A stretch of 64,000 nt of DNA, taken from NCBI GenBank assembly GCA_964437725.1, contig CAYTIB010000086.1, forward strand, positions 641 to 64,640, read 5' to 3'. This document shows, piece by piece, positions 62,400 through 64,000 of the stretch. This stretch comes from an uncultured bacterium (GTDB taxonomy: Bacteria > UBA8248 > JACPRG01 > G963555815). Each line of letters starts with the position of its first letter. The first letter of the stretch is position 1. The translations under genes and the position numbers were made by a program. The notes beneath the pieces were generated by a model. It worked only from the letters and a program-made list of their open reading frames with translations, had not been told where the DNA came from and did not search any database.

Positions 62400-62735
62400 G
62401 TGGAACTTGATCTTTTTCGGGTTGTTTTAGTTGCATTCCACGTATTAGTCTCCCTTTTTCTTATTCTTGTGGTTTTGCTTCAGACTGGGAAAGGTGCCTC
62501 GCTAGGGGCGGCTTTCGGCGGTTCTAGCGACGCAATGTTTGGGGCGCGTGGTCCCGGCAGCTTCCTGAGTAAGATGACGACAGTGGTTGCTATTGTTTTC
62601 ATTCTCACCTCGCTTGCCTTGGCCACCCCGCATTTCACCCCCCGACAAAAGGGCTCCGTGACCCGAGAGAATTCAACGCCTGGGAAAACGGGGACTCCGC
62701 CCCACTCCGATGCCGCTCCGGTGAAGAAGAAGTGA
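62400..62735 (+). CDS. secG: preprotein translocase subunit SecG
   Basis: The 111-aa ORF has a GTG start, two TM segments and LLQTGKGASLGAAFGG. The tpiA-secG synteny supports it. Confidence 0.88.
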   Translation: MELDLFRVVLVAFHVLVSLFLILVVLLQTGKGASLGAAFGGSSDAMFGARGPGSFLSKMTTVVAIVFILTSLALATPHFTPRQKGSVTRENSTPGKTGTPPHSDAAPVKKK

Positions 62736-62817
62736 GCCTAATAGGCGGGGGAGTAACGCATGCAACCCCGCTACACCCCGCGGATTGCTGCATGATCGGG
62801 ACGGGAGTGCGCCTTGC

Positions 62818-64000
62818 ATGTGGGTGAAACGAATTCTTCTCTTACTTCCTATTGGCGTTATCTTCTTTCTGCTTCAATCCTTCTTTTGGGTTCCAACCTA
62901 TAAGAACCAGACGAAGGGAAGTACTAAGCGCCTCACCCAATATATCCAGGGGTCCATCGGCGACGCCTCCATTCTGAATCCCATACTTAATGCCGACACA
63001 GCTAGTAGTACCATTACCGGTCTTGTTTTTGAAGGACTGATCGACCGCGATCGCGATCTCAGCTTTCGTAGCCGTTTAGCTGAACAGTGGGAGCTGTTCG
63101 AGGAAGCCTATCTATTTGCTGTGCCTTCACTGTTTCTTTCCGGTGGAGAGGCTGCAACTGCCGAAGCCATTGTGCAGCGTGTTAACGCTGCTCGGCTAGA
63201 TCCCGCGAAGGAGTGGGCGAAAAACATAAGAAAGGTGGAGATCCTCCCACCAAGTTCGGAAACCCTGAAGGTTCAAATTCCGCCTTCAAAGCAGGGTGCT
63301 CAAGCAAAGCAAGTTCAGCTCAAAATCTCTCGTCCTGCCCGTGTAAAGTTCACTCTCAGCGAGGTCGATCAGGAATTTTTTGGTAGCTTGAAGAGCATTC
63401 TTGGAAATACATATTTCAAAAACCTGAAACCCGAAAGGCACATCGAAGGTCCGAAGGCAGCGGTTGAAATGTACTCCGAGCGACTTCTCCTACCCATGGA
63501 GCATAATCCGGTTATAGTTTTTCATCTTAGAAAAGGGGTGCATTTCCACGATGGACATGAATTTGACGCGGGAGATGTCAAGTTCACATTTGATTCGATT
63601 ATGGACCCGCGAAACTTCTCACCTCGCATTTCAGATTATGAGCCGGTCAAAGCAGTAGAAGTTCTAAATCGACGAACAATTCGAATCGTCTATAAAAGAC
63701 TTTATTCACCGGCTTTCGGAACATGGGCAATGGGTTTGCTCCCAGAACACCTCCTAAACAAAAAAGCTTTAGAAAGGGAGGCTCGGAAGCGAGGGAAGAA
63801 CCCCGTCAAGTTCACGATGCGGGACAGTTTGTTCAACCGGACCCCCATAGGCGTAGGCCCGTTCAAGTTCTCGGAATGGAAGTCCGACGAGTTTATCCGT
63901 CTCGCCCGAAACCTGGACTACTGGGAGGGCAGACCCAATTACCATGAATATATTTTCCGTATTTTACCTGATCCCTTAAGCCAGGAAATGAGTTTTTACG
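62818..64000 (+). CDS. ABC transporter substrate-binding protein, family 5 (peptide/nickel type), 5' partial, open at window end
   Basis: It is absent from the ORF track because no stop falls within the window. My translation from ATG 62818 gives MWVKRILLLLPIGVIFF...GDASILNPILNADTASSTITGLVFEGLIDRD...VHFHDGHEFDAGDVKFTFDSI...GVGPFKFSEWKSDEFIRLARNLDYWEGRP, which has SBP_bac_5 hallmarks. Confidence 0.8.
   Translation, partial: MWVKRILLLLPIGVIFFLLQSFFWVPTYKNQTKGSTKRLTQYIQGSIGDASILNPILNADTASSTITGLVFEGLIDRDRDLSFRSRLAEQWELFEEAYLFAVPSLFLSGGEAATAEAIVQRVNAARLDPAKEWAKNIRKVEILPPSSETLKVQIPPSKQGAQAKQVQLKISRPARVKFTLSEVDQEFFGSLKSILGNTYFKNLKPERHIEGPKAAVEMYSERLLLPMEHNPVIVFHLRKGVHFHDGHEFDAGDVKFTFDSIMDPRNFSPRISDYEPVKAVEVLNRRTIRIVYKRLYSPAFGTWAMGLLPEHLLNKKALEREARKRGKNPVKFTMRDSLFNRTPIGVGPFKFSEWKSDEFIRLARNLDYWEGRPNYHEYIFRILPDPLSQEMSFY

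Overview
This window is an origin-proximal stretch of a bacterial chromosome, densely packed with housekeeping genes. The organism appears to be Gram-negative, because kdsB, GT9 heptosyltransferase-like genes and an O-antigen-ligase-like gene are present. The left edge carries the conserved rpmH-rnpA-yidD-yidC operon on the minus strand, diverging from dnaA. About 17 kb of co-directional plus-strand genes follow: dnaA, recF (no dnaN between them), gyrB, gyrA, serS, a cluster of five tRNA genes with an opine-dehydrogenase-family gene and tadA embedded, a long SRP RNA, then dnaX-ybaB-recR. The middle holds mixed metabolism and envelope genes: a cyclic amidohydrolase, nth, carD, glcDEF-like genes, bdhA-like, hpnD-like, dcd and nifS-nifU. 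From about 35 to 55 kb there is a tightly coupled glycan/LPS-type cluster with asnB, two initiating phosphotransferases, a ligase/polymerase, a flippase, two GT9, three GT4 and one GT2 gene, ending in kdsB. After that come pyrG, a YqeC/XdhC accessory pair, gap-pgk-tpiA-secG and a partial family-5 solute-binding protein gene. I saw no CRISPR array, transposase, integrase, prophage or recognisable defence system, so I do not claim one. The points most worth a second look are these:
- dnaN is missing next to an origin-like spacer.
- SerRS carries a roughly 140-aa basic low-complexity tail, and serS is followed by all four tRNA-Ser isoacceptors.
- tRNA-Arg(ACG) sits immediately upstream of tadA, its editing enzyme.
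- An Alu-domain-type SRP RNA occurs in an LPS-type genome.
- carD overlaps a small ORF with a Cys/His motif.
- A WecA/MraY-type transferase is fused to a CapD/WbaP-type membrane plus Rossmann-like module.

All calls rest on reading the translations and sequence by eye. No searches were run.
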